Below are positions 1 to 11,700 of a stretch of 64,000 nt of DNA, in pieces; positions within the stretch are counted from its first letter, which is position 1; every line of letters begins with the position of its first letter. The stretch spans positions 58,840,001 through 58,904,000 of the forward strand of contig NC_087437.1 in NCBI RefSeq assembly GCF_036321535.1. The letters are read 5' to 3'. The stretch is from Camelus dromedarius (lineage: Eukaryota). The notes below the pieces were generated by a model. That model saw nothing but the letters and a program-made list of their open reading frames with translations. It searched no databases and had not been told where the DNA came from. Made by a program: the position numbers and the translations under genes.

Positions 1-59
1 AGCACCTGCTTTCTCCAGTTAAGTACATACTGTACATGAAGTTCGCTGTCTGGAATGGC

Positions 60-870
60 AGACTCACAATGCTTGTGGGTGCCTATTTCCTCACATTTTT
101 ACCAGTATTTATCATTTTTGCAAATTTAGTGAGTATAAATACAATTTTGTGATTTTACTTTGCATTTCTTTGATTATTAGTGAGGTTGGGCAACTCTTTG
201 TGCACTTGTTCATCTTAAAATTTCCCCTGTTCAACTTGCTTACACATAGCCTTTGACCATTTTTCCACTGAATTTCCCATCTTTTTCTTTTTAGTCTACA
301 GAAGTTCCTTGTTTATTCTATTTAACCCCATTAGCTCAAGGCATTGCAAACATCTTCTCTTCATCTGTTGTCCTTCTTTAATCTTCATCTAATGTATCCT
401 TTGCTGAACACAAAAATTTAAAATTGCTGTAGGAGGAGAGGCTATAGCTTGGTGGTAGAGTGCATGCCTAGCATGCTCAAGGTCCTGGGTTCAATCCCCA
501 GTACTTCCGTTAAAATAAATAAATAAAAATAAACTGAATTGCCTCATCCCCCCCAAAGAAAAATTAAAAATTAAAATAAATTTAAAAATAAAATACAATA
601 AAATTGCTGTAGCCAAAACCATCAATATTTTGCCCTGATATTTGTGCTTCTGGATTCTTCTTTAAGAGTCTCCACCCCAGAGTCACAAATATACTCTCTT
701 AACCTTTTATTCTGTGGTTTTTTTTATAGCTTTATAATATTACCTTTCCCATGTGGATCTTTAATCCATCTAAAATTCACCTTTTACATAGTATAAAATA
801 GACATTTAAATGGTATAAAACAGAAATTCTACCTTAATTTATCTTCAAAAGTGGCCCATATTCTCAACCC
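60..870 (-). mobile_element. Old L1M LINE-1 fragment (distal ORF2 region), interrupted by a SINE
   Basis: Antisense L1-like text such as TTTGCATTTCTTTGATTATTAGTGAGGTTGGGCAACTCTTT; AT-rich and highly decayed; boundaries approximate. Confidence 0.65.
433..598 (+). mobile_element. tRNA-Ala-derived SINE, long form (camelid vic-1-like)
   Basis: tRNA-like head with A box (TAGCTTGGTGG) and B box (GGTTCAATCC), A-rich tail, perfect 14-bp TSD TAAAATTGCTGTAG at 419-432 and 599-612. Confidence 0.9.
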
Positions 871-1348
871 CATCTGATCTCTTTACATTTTATATGTAGA
901 AAAGTCAGGCCCTTCTCTTTGTGATAGAATTAAACCTCTTTGGGAAAAAAAAAAATTCATGATTTATCTAAATGTTTAAAGTGAGGTTTAACAAAAGTAG
1001 GACCATACATAAGCTAGGAGATGATCACATGCTCCAAGGTTCCTCCCCAGCTATTTCCTTCCGTCCTATACAATTTCTCTCACCCTTCATTACCCAACAC
1101 TGAGGCTGCTGACTTTTGCCAAACATACCTCTGGCCATCCCCTCAGGGCTGGTCCCTCCTTGTGACCTGCCTCCACAAATGCCAGCCTTGGTGGAATGAC
1201 CACATCAGGCCTCTTCCTTCTTCCTTGTGTCAAACTCGTCCCTCTGCAAACTGCTCATAAGAATTGCCTAGAGCCAACTTTCCAGGGCTTCATGAGCACT
1301 GAAGTCTGCACTTGGCCCTACACATCCTGGGCTCAGTAAGCTCAAGGG

Positions 1349-1356
1349 GTGTGTGT

Positions 1357-1390
<34 letters not shown>

Positions 1391-1406
1391 TATGTGTGTG
1401 TGTGTG
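1349..1406. repeat. Imperfect (TG)n microsatellite
   Basis: Direct reading of the sequence. Confidence 0.95.
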
Positions 1407-1435
1407 TTTGTATGGTTATAAATATCTCCTGCTTT

Positions 1436-2020
1436 CCCCAATGTTCACAGCAGCACTATTTACAATAGCCAAGACATGGAACAACCTAAATGTCCATCGA
1501 TAGATGACTGGATAAAGAAGTTGTGGTATATTTATGCAATGGAATACTACTTAGCCATAAAAAATAATAAAATAATGCCACTTGCAGCAACATGGATGGC
1601 CCTGGAGAATGTCGTTCTAAGTGAAATAAGCCAGAAAGAGAAAGAAAAATACCATATGATATCACTCATATGTGGAATCTAAAAAAAAAAAAAAAAAAAA
1701 AGCCAAATGAACTTATATATAAAACAGAAACAGACTCACAGATATAGAAAACAAACTTATGGCTACCAGAGAAGAGAGGGGTGGGAAGGGATAAACTGAG
1801 AGTTTGAGATTTGCAGATACTGACTCGTATATATAAAATAGATAAACAAGTTTATTCTGTATAGCACAGGGAACTATATTCGATATCTTGTAGTAGCTTA
1901 TGGTGAAAAAGAATATGAAAACAAATATCTGTATATTCATGTATGACTGAAGCATTGTGATGTACACCAGAAATTGACACAACATTGTAAACTGACTATA
2001 CCTCAATAAAATAAAAAAAA
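1436..2020 (+). mobile_element. 5'-truncated young LINE-1 (ORF2 C-terminus, 3'UTR, polyA)
   Basis: Translates to PMFTAALFTIAKTW / QPKCPSIDDWIKKLWYIYAMEYYLAIKNNKIMPLAATWMALENVVLSEISQKEKEKYHMISLICGI, the L1 ORF2 C-terminus with one frameshift; AATAAA plus A tail; TSD AATATCTCCTGCTTT (1421-1435) / AAGATCTCCTGTTTT (2021-2035). Confidence 0.95.
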
Positions 2021-2069
2021 AAGATCTCCTGTTTTTACCAAACCCTTTCACATTCTCATTCATAAATCC

Positions 2070-2250
2070 TAGAAAGCAAACAGAGCAGTAAGTGTTGCTC
2101 CCATTTACAAATGAGGAGACTAAAGCTTGAAGAGTTTAAATCTCTCAGAACTTTAGGCAATTTGCTCAAGGTACAATTCAGGAACAATGACTGGGACGAG
2201 ACACCAGTTCTCCTGGTTCTAAGTCCAGTGCTCACTCAACACGCTGCACT
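2070..2250 (-). mobile_element. MIR SINE fragment
   Basis: CCCATTTACAAATGAGGAGACTAAAGC...TTGCTCAAGGTACA resembles the antisense MIR core. Confidence 0.7.
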
Positions 2251-2479
2251 CTGTTAATACAGGCCCAGGGTCTGTCTCTGTAATTAGATGGTTCATTCCT
2301 CAAGGGCAAAGCAGGGTTTGGACCTCCAAAAAGCCCTGTCTCATTTGATCCAAATGAATTGCTGGCTCAGAGGTCATTGTGCTTGGAGCCTGGTCTTGAA
2401 CTCCTACCCTTTGGCTTGGAGCACTAACACTCTGTCTAGCCACAGTGCGTGAACCCTCTTGCAATACTGTGTTCACCCT

Positions 2480-2667
2480 TGTCATGGTATTGATCATAAC
2501 TGGAATCAAATCACCCCTGTGTCATACTACTTAATGCCTGCCTCCCCTCCAAGCTCCATGGGTGCAGAGGCCCTGTCTTGTTCATAACTGAATTTTCAGT
2601 ACAAGTTCTGTACTAGATAAATATTTGTCAAGTGCGTGAATGAATGTGTGAATGAATGAGTGAATGT
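2480..2667 (+). mobile_element. L2 LINE 3' end
   Basis: AAGCTCCATGGGTGCAGAGGCCCTGTCTTGTTCA...ATAAATATTTGTCAAGTG followed by a (TGAA)n tail. Confidence 0.7.
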
Positions 2668-3409
2668 TTCCTGTGCTTCCTCAGTTGCTGCCTGGGCTCC
2701 TGGGCTAAATGAACCAAGCACCTGTATTAGCAAAGATGGCACTCACCAACTTCAAGCCCCTCTACCACCCGGCCCCGACCACGGGAAATTCCTCCCAGGT
2801 GGGCAGCTGTGTTTGCCACACATTTTTTAGATCCAGCACCAAGTTCAACCCCAGGGACCAGTACTGTCAGGACACTTCCTCCAGCCCTAGTTCCACTGGC
2901 TCCCTGCCTGCTCTCCCTTGCCAGCCTCCTCTCCCCCAGCTCTGCATCCCAGCACACCCTGTGTCCATGGCCTCCCAAATCAGGGTCCTCTGTGGCTGTT
3001 TCTAGAATCCAGCCTCATGGTCTACACAAAACAGACTTTTAATAGATGATAATGAATAATGAGCTCTTTATTCCTCTTGGAAGTCAGATTTTTAATGTCT
3101 CATAGATATGAATGGAAAACACAGCTGATTGGTAAGTAGGAAAAAATGCTTCCACTTCCAGTAATGGGCCTCCCCCTGCCGATGTTCAGAAATGTCATCC
3201 GTCAGAGAACAACAACACGTAAGTGGTAAACAATATTTCTTGAATGATTGCTCTGGAAAGAAATGTGGCCCTAAGCACGCCACAGGCTGTGAGTCTGGGA
3301 ATATTCTCCCAGAGCACCCAGGTCCTGCCTAGGTAAGCTTCCATCAGACAGGGAGAGCAAACACTAAGATGCGTACAGGAAGACACGCACACAGAACTGA
3401 TTCTGAATG

Positions 3410-3620
3410 GCAGAGTGGTTTGGGACACAGGTTTTAGAGTCACACAGAACAGGGTTCAAAATCTGCCTTTCATTTTCCCCAAGTAGTTTATTTAAAGCAA
3501 ACTACTTCTCGGACTGTGTTTCTTCATCTATAAACTGGGGTAATGGGACTCACACGGTTGATGTGAAGATTAAATGAGACAGAGAAACAACACTCCCGAA
3601 ATGCGATAAGGGGCATAGAG
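3410..3620 (+). mobile_element. MIR SINE
   Basis: GGGTTCAAAATCTGCC...CTGTGTTTCTTCATCTATAAACTGGGGTAAT...GTGAAGATTAAATGAG. Confidence 0.75.
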
Positions 3621-4258
3621 GGAAGGACTGTTGGTAGTATCAGAACTGGATTTGAAACATTTCAAAGCCCAGTATGTAGATCTTGGTAGGCTATAGAATA
3701 AAGATGTCAGGGGAGGCATCTGGGGAGAGGGAAACTCAGAGCTAGGGTTAGGGGAAGGGGAAGAAAATGGTTTGGAAGAGAGAAGTGAGGAGGGTGTTGG
3801 AGGTGGGAGTGAGGGCCTGTGAAGACACGGGGAGGCGTGGGCTCGGCTCCAGGTCTCAGCTCTAGCTGTGGTCACTGCTGAGCAGTCCCAGGGGGTATTC
3901 TTGCATCTCCTCCAATCTTAAGCAATTACTTGCTTTTTTATTTTCCCCAAACTTTCCACTGAAGCAGCCATGGACATTCTGCCCAGCAGCCTGTGAGGCT
4001 CTGAGGGGCGCCGGGCTGACTCATGATGGTCTCCTGCCCTTGGACACACCCTCCAGTCCAGCCATCGTCTCTTCCTGCTCAGGGCTCAATGGACAAAGCC
4101 GGTCAGTGAGGTCAGCGAGCCGCAGACGTCTCTAAAGTTCTCACGGAAAGGCTGTTCTCATCTTGTCTCTTGAAGTTTCATTTTAACAAGCCAAGGGGGA
4201 TCTTCCAAAGTCTGGGCTCCAAAGTCTCTCTTGTGTGGGGAAAAGAGACTATTTAAGG

Positions 4259-4603
4259 ATCTGCTGTTCCAAATGCAGTCCTTAGATCAGCAGGATTAGC
4301 ATCACCCGGGAGCTTGTGTGACATTCTGATTCCAGGGTCCCACTCCAGACCTACTGGACAAGAATCCCTGGGGGTGGCTCCCAAGAATTGGTGTTTTTAA
4401 CAAACTCTCCAGGAGGTGACTCTTTTTTCTTTCTTAATGGTTAAGTTTATTGTTTTAGGTCACAGTTCCAAGGGGACATTAATAAACGTGATTGCTTTTG
4501 CTAGAAAAATCATTAATCCTGTGGTTTTGTGCACTGAGAATGGAACATGCTGTTCCACTGACTTGTCTTTATTCTCAGGGACCATCATGTTTGCGAAGCA
4601 CTG
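4259..4603. mobile_element. MER5A-like hAT-Charlie MITE, split by a ~145 bp insertion
   Basis: AGCATCACCCGGGAGCTTG...CCAGACCTACTG...TTTTAACAAACTCTCCAGG...GTTTGCGAAGCACTG; 8-bp TSD-like ATTTAAGG (4251-4258) / GTTTAAGG (4604-4611). Confidence 0.8.
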
Positions 4604-4854
4604 GTTTAAGGCACAGTTTAGATACAACAGCCTCTCCTGGGCTCACTCGCGTCACCTGTAGCCACCTTTTACCATGTGATTAAGAAAAAATCTATTTCTA
4701 TTCAAGGGAACAGGAAATTCACTCTAAAACACAGTTGCCAAAGACTTTGTTTCAAAACAGACAAGACTTTTAGAGGATTCCACTGTGGGTCAGTCATGAA
4801 TAATCATAATAAAAGCTGAGCTTTAGAAATGCAGATATTTAGACTGGCCCACTC

Positions 4855-5300
4855 GATCAGAATTCTTTAATTGCAAGGAACAGAAATTGAATCTTACTAT
4901 TTTAAAGACAAGAGGAATCTAGTGGAAGAAACAGGACCACTTAGAGAATCAGAATCAGAAGAGTCAGTCTCAGAATGGCCAGGAACGGAGGCAGGCCCTA
5001 GGTAGCAGGAACTAACGGACAGTCTGGATTGGGAGCTGCTGATGAGATTAAGCCTTCAGTGGCTTACCAAAGCCGGACCTGTCCATCCAAGATGGCAATT
5101 TGCAAGAGAGAATCTGATTGGTTAAGGTACAGTCACATGCCAAGACCTGGCCAATGGAAACTGGGACTTTCTGACTGATTGTTCCAGGGCCCCTCCAACA
5201 CTGCACGCAGTGGGTACTGGACGGTTCCTCAAAGCAAAATGAGGTGTGTTTCCTAGACATGAGTGGCTGGAGCCGATAGGCGAAGCAGTAGATATGCCCT
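4855..5300 (-). mobile_element. Old MaLR LTR (MLT1 family)
   Basis: TCAGAATTCTTTAATTGCAAGGAACAGAAA start and CTGATTGGTTAAGGTACAGTCACATGCC are typical of antisense old MLT1. Confidence 0.6.
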
Positions 5301-5914
5301 GCCTCCCTAGGCAGTCTGGCTGGCTTGATTGGACATGAGCAGGAGAAATCCAGATGTGGAAACTTTAAGGGAGATGAAAGGAAATGTGAAAGTTTTCTTA
5401 GAGAGGCTAGGGGAGTTCAAAGGCTAGGAAAAACAGAGTGGAGACTACAGTATGATTAGGTGTCGTTGTGAAGGCCAAAGAGAATGACCTTACGTAATGA
5501 CTTCAAGAAGCCCACCTCCAGGAGGTTGGCCAGGGCAGATGCACTGCATGCTCCTGAGAGAGAGGGAGGGAGGCACAGGTTCAAAGAGGTGTCTGTGACG
5601 GATGGCCCCGGCGAAGGCGGGCGGACCTGGTGCAGGCTCTGCTGGGGGTCCAGGCCTCTCCAACACACGCCTGGAATCTGAGCATCCAGTGAGAGAGGAC
5701 ATCACTCCCTTAGGACAACAGTGTGATGGTGGCAGGGTTGGGGGCCAGGGACCACTGAAGGAGGGCGGTCAGCTGCATCTGGGCTATGGATGTGTGAAAC
5801 CTAACAGTTGGGGACCCCAAAGAGCCACTCTTGCCAGGATGTCCTAGAGACCACCCCTACAGTGCCAGTGTGTCAGCACTTACAGGCCTTGATGTTCTTA
5901 AAGAGAAATGTTGA

Positions 5915-5985
5915 CCAATTATACTTCAATTAAAATTAATTAATTAATTAAAAATAAACAATTTTGAAAGATTTTTAAAAACAAG
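5915..5985 (+). mobile_element. Very short L1 3' terminus insertion
   Basis: CCAATTATACTTCAATTAAAA plus A/T tail; TSD GAGAAATGTTGA (5903-5914) / GAGAAATGCTGA (5986-5997). Confidence 0.75.
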
Positions 5986-6099
5986 GAGAAATGCTGAAAA
6001 TATCAACTTCTCTCATAAGATAAAAACTGATCACAGCTATTGAAATGCAATGAGAGTCACTAGAAAGCTACCTAAAAAGTAGAAAAACTGATAGCACTT

Positions 6100-6290
6100 A
6101 AGGAGCACCAATTACATAACAGGCATGATGCCGAACACTTAATGGCATCTCACCGAATCCACAAAACAAGCCTGAGATTTCTGTTACACAAACAAGAATT
6201 TAAGTGACGTGTTCCTGGCCACGTAGGTAGTGTGTGGCAGGGCCAGTGTGGGAGCCAGGCATGTTCAACTGCAAAGCCGCTACCAAATAC
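6100..6290 (-). mobile_element. MIR SINE fragment
   Basis: TTAAGTGACGTGTTCCTGGCCACGTAGGTAGTGTGTGGCAGGGCCAG resembles antisense MIR. Confidence 0.6.
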
Positions 6291-9049
6291 TACACTAGAG
6301 AAGTCTTTATTATTATTCAATTTACTAGAAAATTAAAATGTAAATGTTTTTACCAGATGCCATCAGAAATAAAGTTTTATAGCTCTGGGTGCATATATAG
6401 TACACATAATTTACAAATAAATACAAATAAATATAGGAGGAAAACTTGTATTTCTCCGTGACATGTGTTTCCTTTTTACATAATAGCTATGTAAGGCACA
6501 TAGTAGGCATTTTATACGTTGTTGTTTAATGCCTAAGCATTTAATCAGATATGTCTGGTTAGAAATACAAAACGCATATGGTTATTTTATAGTCAAATAT
6601 ATTTTTAGCTGGCCAAGTCTAAAGAGAAACTATCAAGAATTATATGCCTAAAATACTCTTGGCCAAGAATGGCATAAAACACCACGAAAATTTAAAACTT
6701 CTCTAAGAAAAATTGTGAACTCTTTCCATACCAAATAAGGCAGGGCCGAGGGCTTAGTGTCAATTACACCCCACACCAGTGGAGTAAAGTGAGGACGGGG
6801 TCTGTGAGGGCCAGCCAACTCGTGCCTGCACCAGGCTGATTTCAGTAATGAGACCCAGGCCCTGTAGTTCACCTACTGCAACTATTCATTCCCTGAGGCC
6901 ACACACCCCACCACAAAGTTGACGGGAAGCAACCCTTGTGGTGCTGAAGCTGTTGCAGGGGACATAGGGGTGCGGGGGCAGCAGAGAGTAGCAGCAGATG
7001 CAGGGATTTGGAAAGTCCTTTTGGGGTGGGGTGGGGGGTTGTCAGTTTTTCCTCTAGAGGGGCCTTCATTTGACAGGGAATTGACCCTCCCTGGAACCTT
7101 CAAGAACATTGTGACCCACATCTCATAGTTCTGCAGCCTAAGTTCTGGGCAAAAGGTGCTCTCCGCAGTGTGAGCGCTTCTCTCGGCATGGCCAAGAAGG
7201 ATTCCCTAACAACTGTCACACCCCATGGACAGCATTTTCCTAGCATCTCCCATCACATGAGAACGCTGGCATTCCAATTTGATATTTAGAAGCTGACAAG
7301 CTCCAGCCTCGCCCAGGCCCAAGGGATCCCCTTTCCCTGAGTGTTTCCCCCACTGCACCACCCACACCCACATCACGTCCTAGGGATACTTTGGCGTGTC
7401 CCTTCCCAACCCCCAAGCCACTTAGAAACCACAGTCTGTACGCGATGCAGCTCCCTGTTCACACCCGAGCTTAACGCTGAGCTTTATATTTGGCTGGTGC
7501 TGAATAAACACCTAGGAAATGCTAAATAAAACAAATGCTGAGGATAGCTGTACAGGAGGATTCTGTGTACCTAACTGGGGAATTCTTGCTGGCTTATGCC
7601 TTGAGGTGCATATAAACATTTGTTGTTTAATGCCCGCCACAAATTAGAAGTGTATGAGCAAAGTGTCTGGCACGTTATACGTCCAATAAATATTGATTAA
7701 ATAAATGAATAAATAAGGAACTCATGCAAGGAAAGGAAGGTTATAATAATCATTTCAGCAATCCTCAGATCAAGAGGCAAAATCGCTAGTGATTGAAGGG
7801 ACTCCCTGTTACTCCACAACTCATTAAAACTCCACAATTCTACAAGCTGCGTGAAAAACTAAAACCCTTGTATGTTTCACTCCAATATCATTATACTGTA
7901 TTAGCAGCATATCAGGGGAAGGTGCCTTTTAAATTTTCTTAAGTTATCTTAACTTTTAAAATCATCGAATTTTTTTAAAAGAAGCAGCCCTGTTCATGGG
8001 AAACTTCTTTAAAATAGATTTTAACCCAAAACAAATGGACTTTAATTCCCTCCTTCTAGATTGCCAAGGTCAGGCTGCTTTCTAAGGTCTGGGCTTTCTT
8101 TAGTGAGGAAGATGTGCAAATTAGGAATTAAACGAAAAAGTCAGACCTCATCGTCTGGAAGCACGGCCTCTCTGCTTGTTAATAGGCCTCTTTTCCATTT
8201 GGTTTGCGATAAAGTGGCCCCAATTATTTTGGAATCCTTTAAAGGAAAAGCTATCCATAAATTAAGCTACAATCCTCTCCTTATTTCCCAGAGAAATTAA
8301 ATTCTTACCTTAAATGACTTAAATTGCGTTGCACAGAACCAGACAAAACTCCCTTCTGTAGTATTACAAAAGACAGACAACAGCACAGAATTTGGGAGCT
8401 AAAGAGATAAATAGAAATAGATAGAAACACACACCCCCACTAGCAAAATTCAATAGTAAGATCAAAGCTAAACTCTCTCCTTCACAGAGCTCCTGTTCAG
8501 ATTTTTTTTTCTCTCCTGCCCCATAATCTGAGTCTCGAATACTTTCGTTCCTATTCAGTCTCAAGATCAAACAGCTCACACACATCTGCTGGGGTAGGTT
8601 TTTTTTTTTAAGCATTCAATAATTGATGGGGGTGAGAGGAGAAGAGGAGTTTGAACTTCAACAGAAAGGCAACAGCAAAATACACCATCACACTCTGTCT
8701 GCCTGTAGAACGGAGGGGCCCGGTGGGAGATGTGTGTGTGGGAGGGGGTCAATGCCGGGAAGAGGTGATACCAACAAGTGGCAAAGACAGTTTTCTCAGA
8801 ATGCTTGCCCAGCCGTTTAGAATGATCTTTTCAAAAAACTGGAAAGTATCATCTTATTTCATCTCTTTCCAAATAGAATCCTGCCTCTGACCTGTTTGGG
8901 AAGCAATGAGGTCGTAGGCCAGCCCTCGGGAAGCATGCTGTCCCACACAGGAGCTAGGTGTGTACACCTACATGTGGAGCAAAAGGCAAAACATGGCCAC
9001 TAGTCAACAGGGATCGTCTGTGGGAGTGCAGGGCAAGAAATGCTGGATT

Positions 9050-9300
9050 ATGACTAAGGAATAGGGAAGGCTTCCTGGAGGAGGTGACATTCAAACTGGC
9101 TTTGAAAGATACATAAGGATTTGCTGGAGAAGTAGATGAACGCATTCTGGGCAGAGGGACTGGTAAGAGCAAAGTGATGCTGGGAAAATAGAGGCGTGTT
9201 TGGGGTCCAGTGTAACTGAGGGGCAGGGACTGGGATTGAGCAGAGACCATGGAGACCAGTGAAAATTCTGGAGGTGAGATGAAGGATCATACATGAAGTA
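9050..9300 (-). mobile_element. L2 LINE fragment
   Basis: GGGAAGGCTTCCTGGAGGAGGTGACATTCAAACTGGCTTTGAAAGAT...CATTCTGGGCAGAGGGA. Confidence 0.8.
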
Positions 9301-9635
9301 CACCATATATGATAAAGCTATATTTATTTATTCTTCACTTCATCTTTCCTCTAGTCCCTGTTACTCCCTGCTCCACCTATCCCTGAATAGTTTCCTTCTG
9401 TTTTCAAAACAATAAGATTCAGCAGCATGTAAGGTCTTCCATTACAAATGATGCAGCTTAAGAATGATGAAAAATCAGAATAACCTGTGAAGACTAAAGT
9501 CTAAACAAAACCCAAGAAGCAAGGCTTCACTTCTTCTACTGCCTTCTCTGTGGGTACCACAGTTTTTCCTCCAAAAGTCATGAGCTTGCTATTTGAGGGT
9601 CTTGGTCTTGGTCCCCCTGCCCTCCTTACAGCCAT

Positions 9636-9800
9636 TGTATTAGTCAGGTTAAGTAATGTTAGCCACTGTAACAAATAAGCCCCAAATCTCAATGGCTTAA
9701 TACAATAAAAGTTTACTTTCTGCTCAGGTGAAGTCCAGTACAGATCAGCTTTCCTGGGTGACTCTCTGCATTAGGGACTCAGGCTGCTTCTGTCTGCCAC
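9636..9800 (-). mobile_element. MaLR LTR fragment (MLT1)
   Basis: TGTATTAGTCAGGTTAAG...CTGTAACAAATAAGCCCCAAATCTCAATGGCTTAATACAATAAAAGTTTACTTTC. Confidence 0.8.
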
Positions 9801-9809
9801 TAACCCACA

Positions 9810-9930
9810 AGGGTGACCTTGGGCAAATCATTTCCCTTCTGTGGACTTCAGATCCTTCATTTACAAGATGGTGTTAATAGTCTTTGCCCACCTACCTTAT
9901 AGGATTATTATAACTACCAAATGCTTAGTA
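9810..9930 (+). mobile_element. MIR SINE core
   Basis: GGTGACCTTGGGCAAATCATTTCCCTTCTGTGGACTTCAG...CCTACCTTATAGGATTATT. Confidence 0.8.
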
Positions 9931-10139
9931 AACAATAATTATAACTATAAAAGCAGTTAACATTTATTAAATTCTTACTATGAAAAGACGCTGTGTGATG
10001 TGTAATGAGCACTACTTAATAATTTAATCCTCAAAATGGCATGGCCACAAAAGTCTTACTATTATTACTATTGTTACTATTATTATAATTGTTAAATTTG
10101 TTTTTGCGTTCCTGAGTGAAACATGATTGTAAAAGAATA

Positions 10140-10545
10140 TTCCCTGAACACATTGAGCATACGCCCACCCTGGGGCCTCGTACCTGCTAAGTCCACTTGC
10201 AGGAAGGCCCTGCCCCAGTTATCAATATGGCTGTGCTCTCCCTTCATTCAGGTCACTAGGCTCGTGCCATCTTTTCAGAGAGGATGTTCCTATCCACTCA
10301 GTCTATCCAAAGTATCACCCCTACCACAGCATCCTCTGACCCTGTTGGATTGTTCTTTATAGCATTTTAACCCCCTGACATATGGGAAACTCATATAGTT
10401 GTTTACTGTCAGTCTCTGCCAATTAGGCTGTAAGCTTCATGAAAGTAGAGACTTTGCTTGAAGCAGTCACTGCTATATCTCCAGTGTCAAAAACAGAGCT
10501 TAGCACATTGTAGGTGTTCAGGAAACACTTGTCAACTCAATGTGA
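10140..10545 (+). mobile_element. L2 LINE 3' region
   Basis: GGCTGTAAGCTTCATGAAAGTAGAGACTTTG...TCACTGCTATATCTCCAGTG...AGCACATTGTAGGTGTTCAG. Confidence 0.8.
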
Positions 10546-11209
10546 CCCAATCCTTATTTTCTGTTGCAAATTAATGTTGGGAAAAAATCCTTTGTCACTT
10601 GACTTTTCTTTTTCTGCAAAGAAGTTGTACCAAAAACACAACTGTAGCTTTTCAAGGGCTCTGAGTCTAAAACATTGACCCTTTCAAGCTTAGGGGGATG
10701 AAATCTACCAGCTGCAACACATCAGTTCTCTCCTGGTGAAAGGTTAGAGGGGAGCACATGCTCTTCCAGCCAGTTCCCAGGCATCTGGGTCTCCTGTGGA
10801 AGACTTAATCAAGTTATCATATCTAGCCAATGTCTCTTGGATCCCGTCACTCCTGAATGAGAAAAAAATTTGCAGACAAATTTCTAGCAGCAGGAAATCG
10901 GTGCTGTCCTGTTAGGCTGCCTAAAAAGCACCTGCCCCATCAGCAGACTCCCTCCCACTCCTGCTGGGAGGCAGCTTCCAGCCTCTGACTTGGGGGCTAC
11001 GCGATTCTCTGCTCCCTCGCTTCCCACCTCCCTGCCCCTCCAAAATACTGCTCTGGTACCAGGACTGCCCTGGGCTGGGCCCAGATCAGACATAGCCCCA
11101 TGTCCAGAATGATGATGTCTCCCTGACTGGAGTTTTCTTGGGTTGCTCTGGTCAAAGAAGAGGGCTCCGTCCAGAATCAAGAAATCTATCACCACCAGCA
11201 AAACCTGCC

Positions 11210-11700
11210 CTCCTCATTGTCCCCGGGCTCCGGGCATTTGATTAAGTGCCGGGAACATTCGCCGTTACTTACGAGAGGTCTCATTCAGCTAGCCCAGGGA
11301 GGAAGGGCTGAGCTGATCGCTGGGCCTTATCCATCTGTGTCCAACCATTTTCACTTTTTAGGGAAAACTGTGAAAGAGAAACAAAAAGCACTTTTCCCAC
11401 TTCCTCAGAAAAAAAGTTTTTTTCCCCTCGGAGAGAGAGTTTTGCTGAAGAAAAAGCTGAGAGGATAAAGATATTGGCAGAGCTTAATGCCACAAATCTG
11501 ATTAATTTACCTTGTGACACTCGCAACAAAAAAGTTAAGGGTCAGAGTCCTGCCTGCGAAGTGACCTTTCACCTGCAGCCAAGGCGGTCACAATGGGGGC
11601 CTGCGCCGCCTTTCACAGCTACCTGCTGCTTCCAACAATGAGATTGGACACAGTTTTCAACATGATGGAGAACACCTCTAGAGCAGCGGCTTTGTTCTGT
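11210..11700. promoter_or_regulatory. Candidate enhancer (repeat-free, motif-dense)
   Basis: DR1 nuclear-receptor element TGACCTTTCACCT (11562-11574), HNF4-like GGGTCAGAGTCCT (11539-11551), PBX-HOX-type TGATTAAT (11499-11506), SOX-like ACAATG, retained CpGs; function is inferred only. Confidence 0.4.

Noticed and set aside
433..510. tRNA-Ala genes at the SINE heads (also ~14735, ~24855, ~30870, ~44740)
   Set aside because: A-rich tails, TSDs, degenerate stems or truncation identify them as SINE copies rather than tRNA genes
1476..1682. 68-aa ORF as a host gene
   Set aside because: It is the frameshifted C-terminus of L1 ORF2 in a truncated insertion; the same applies to 47433-47705
3742..3754. 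Telomere-like CTAGGGTTAGGGG
   Set aside because: At most two units in a purine-rich patch, which is expected by chance
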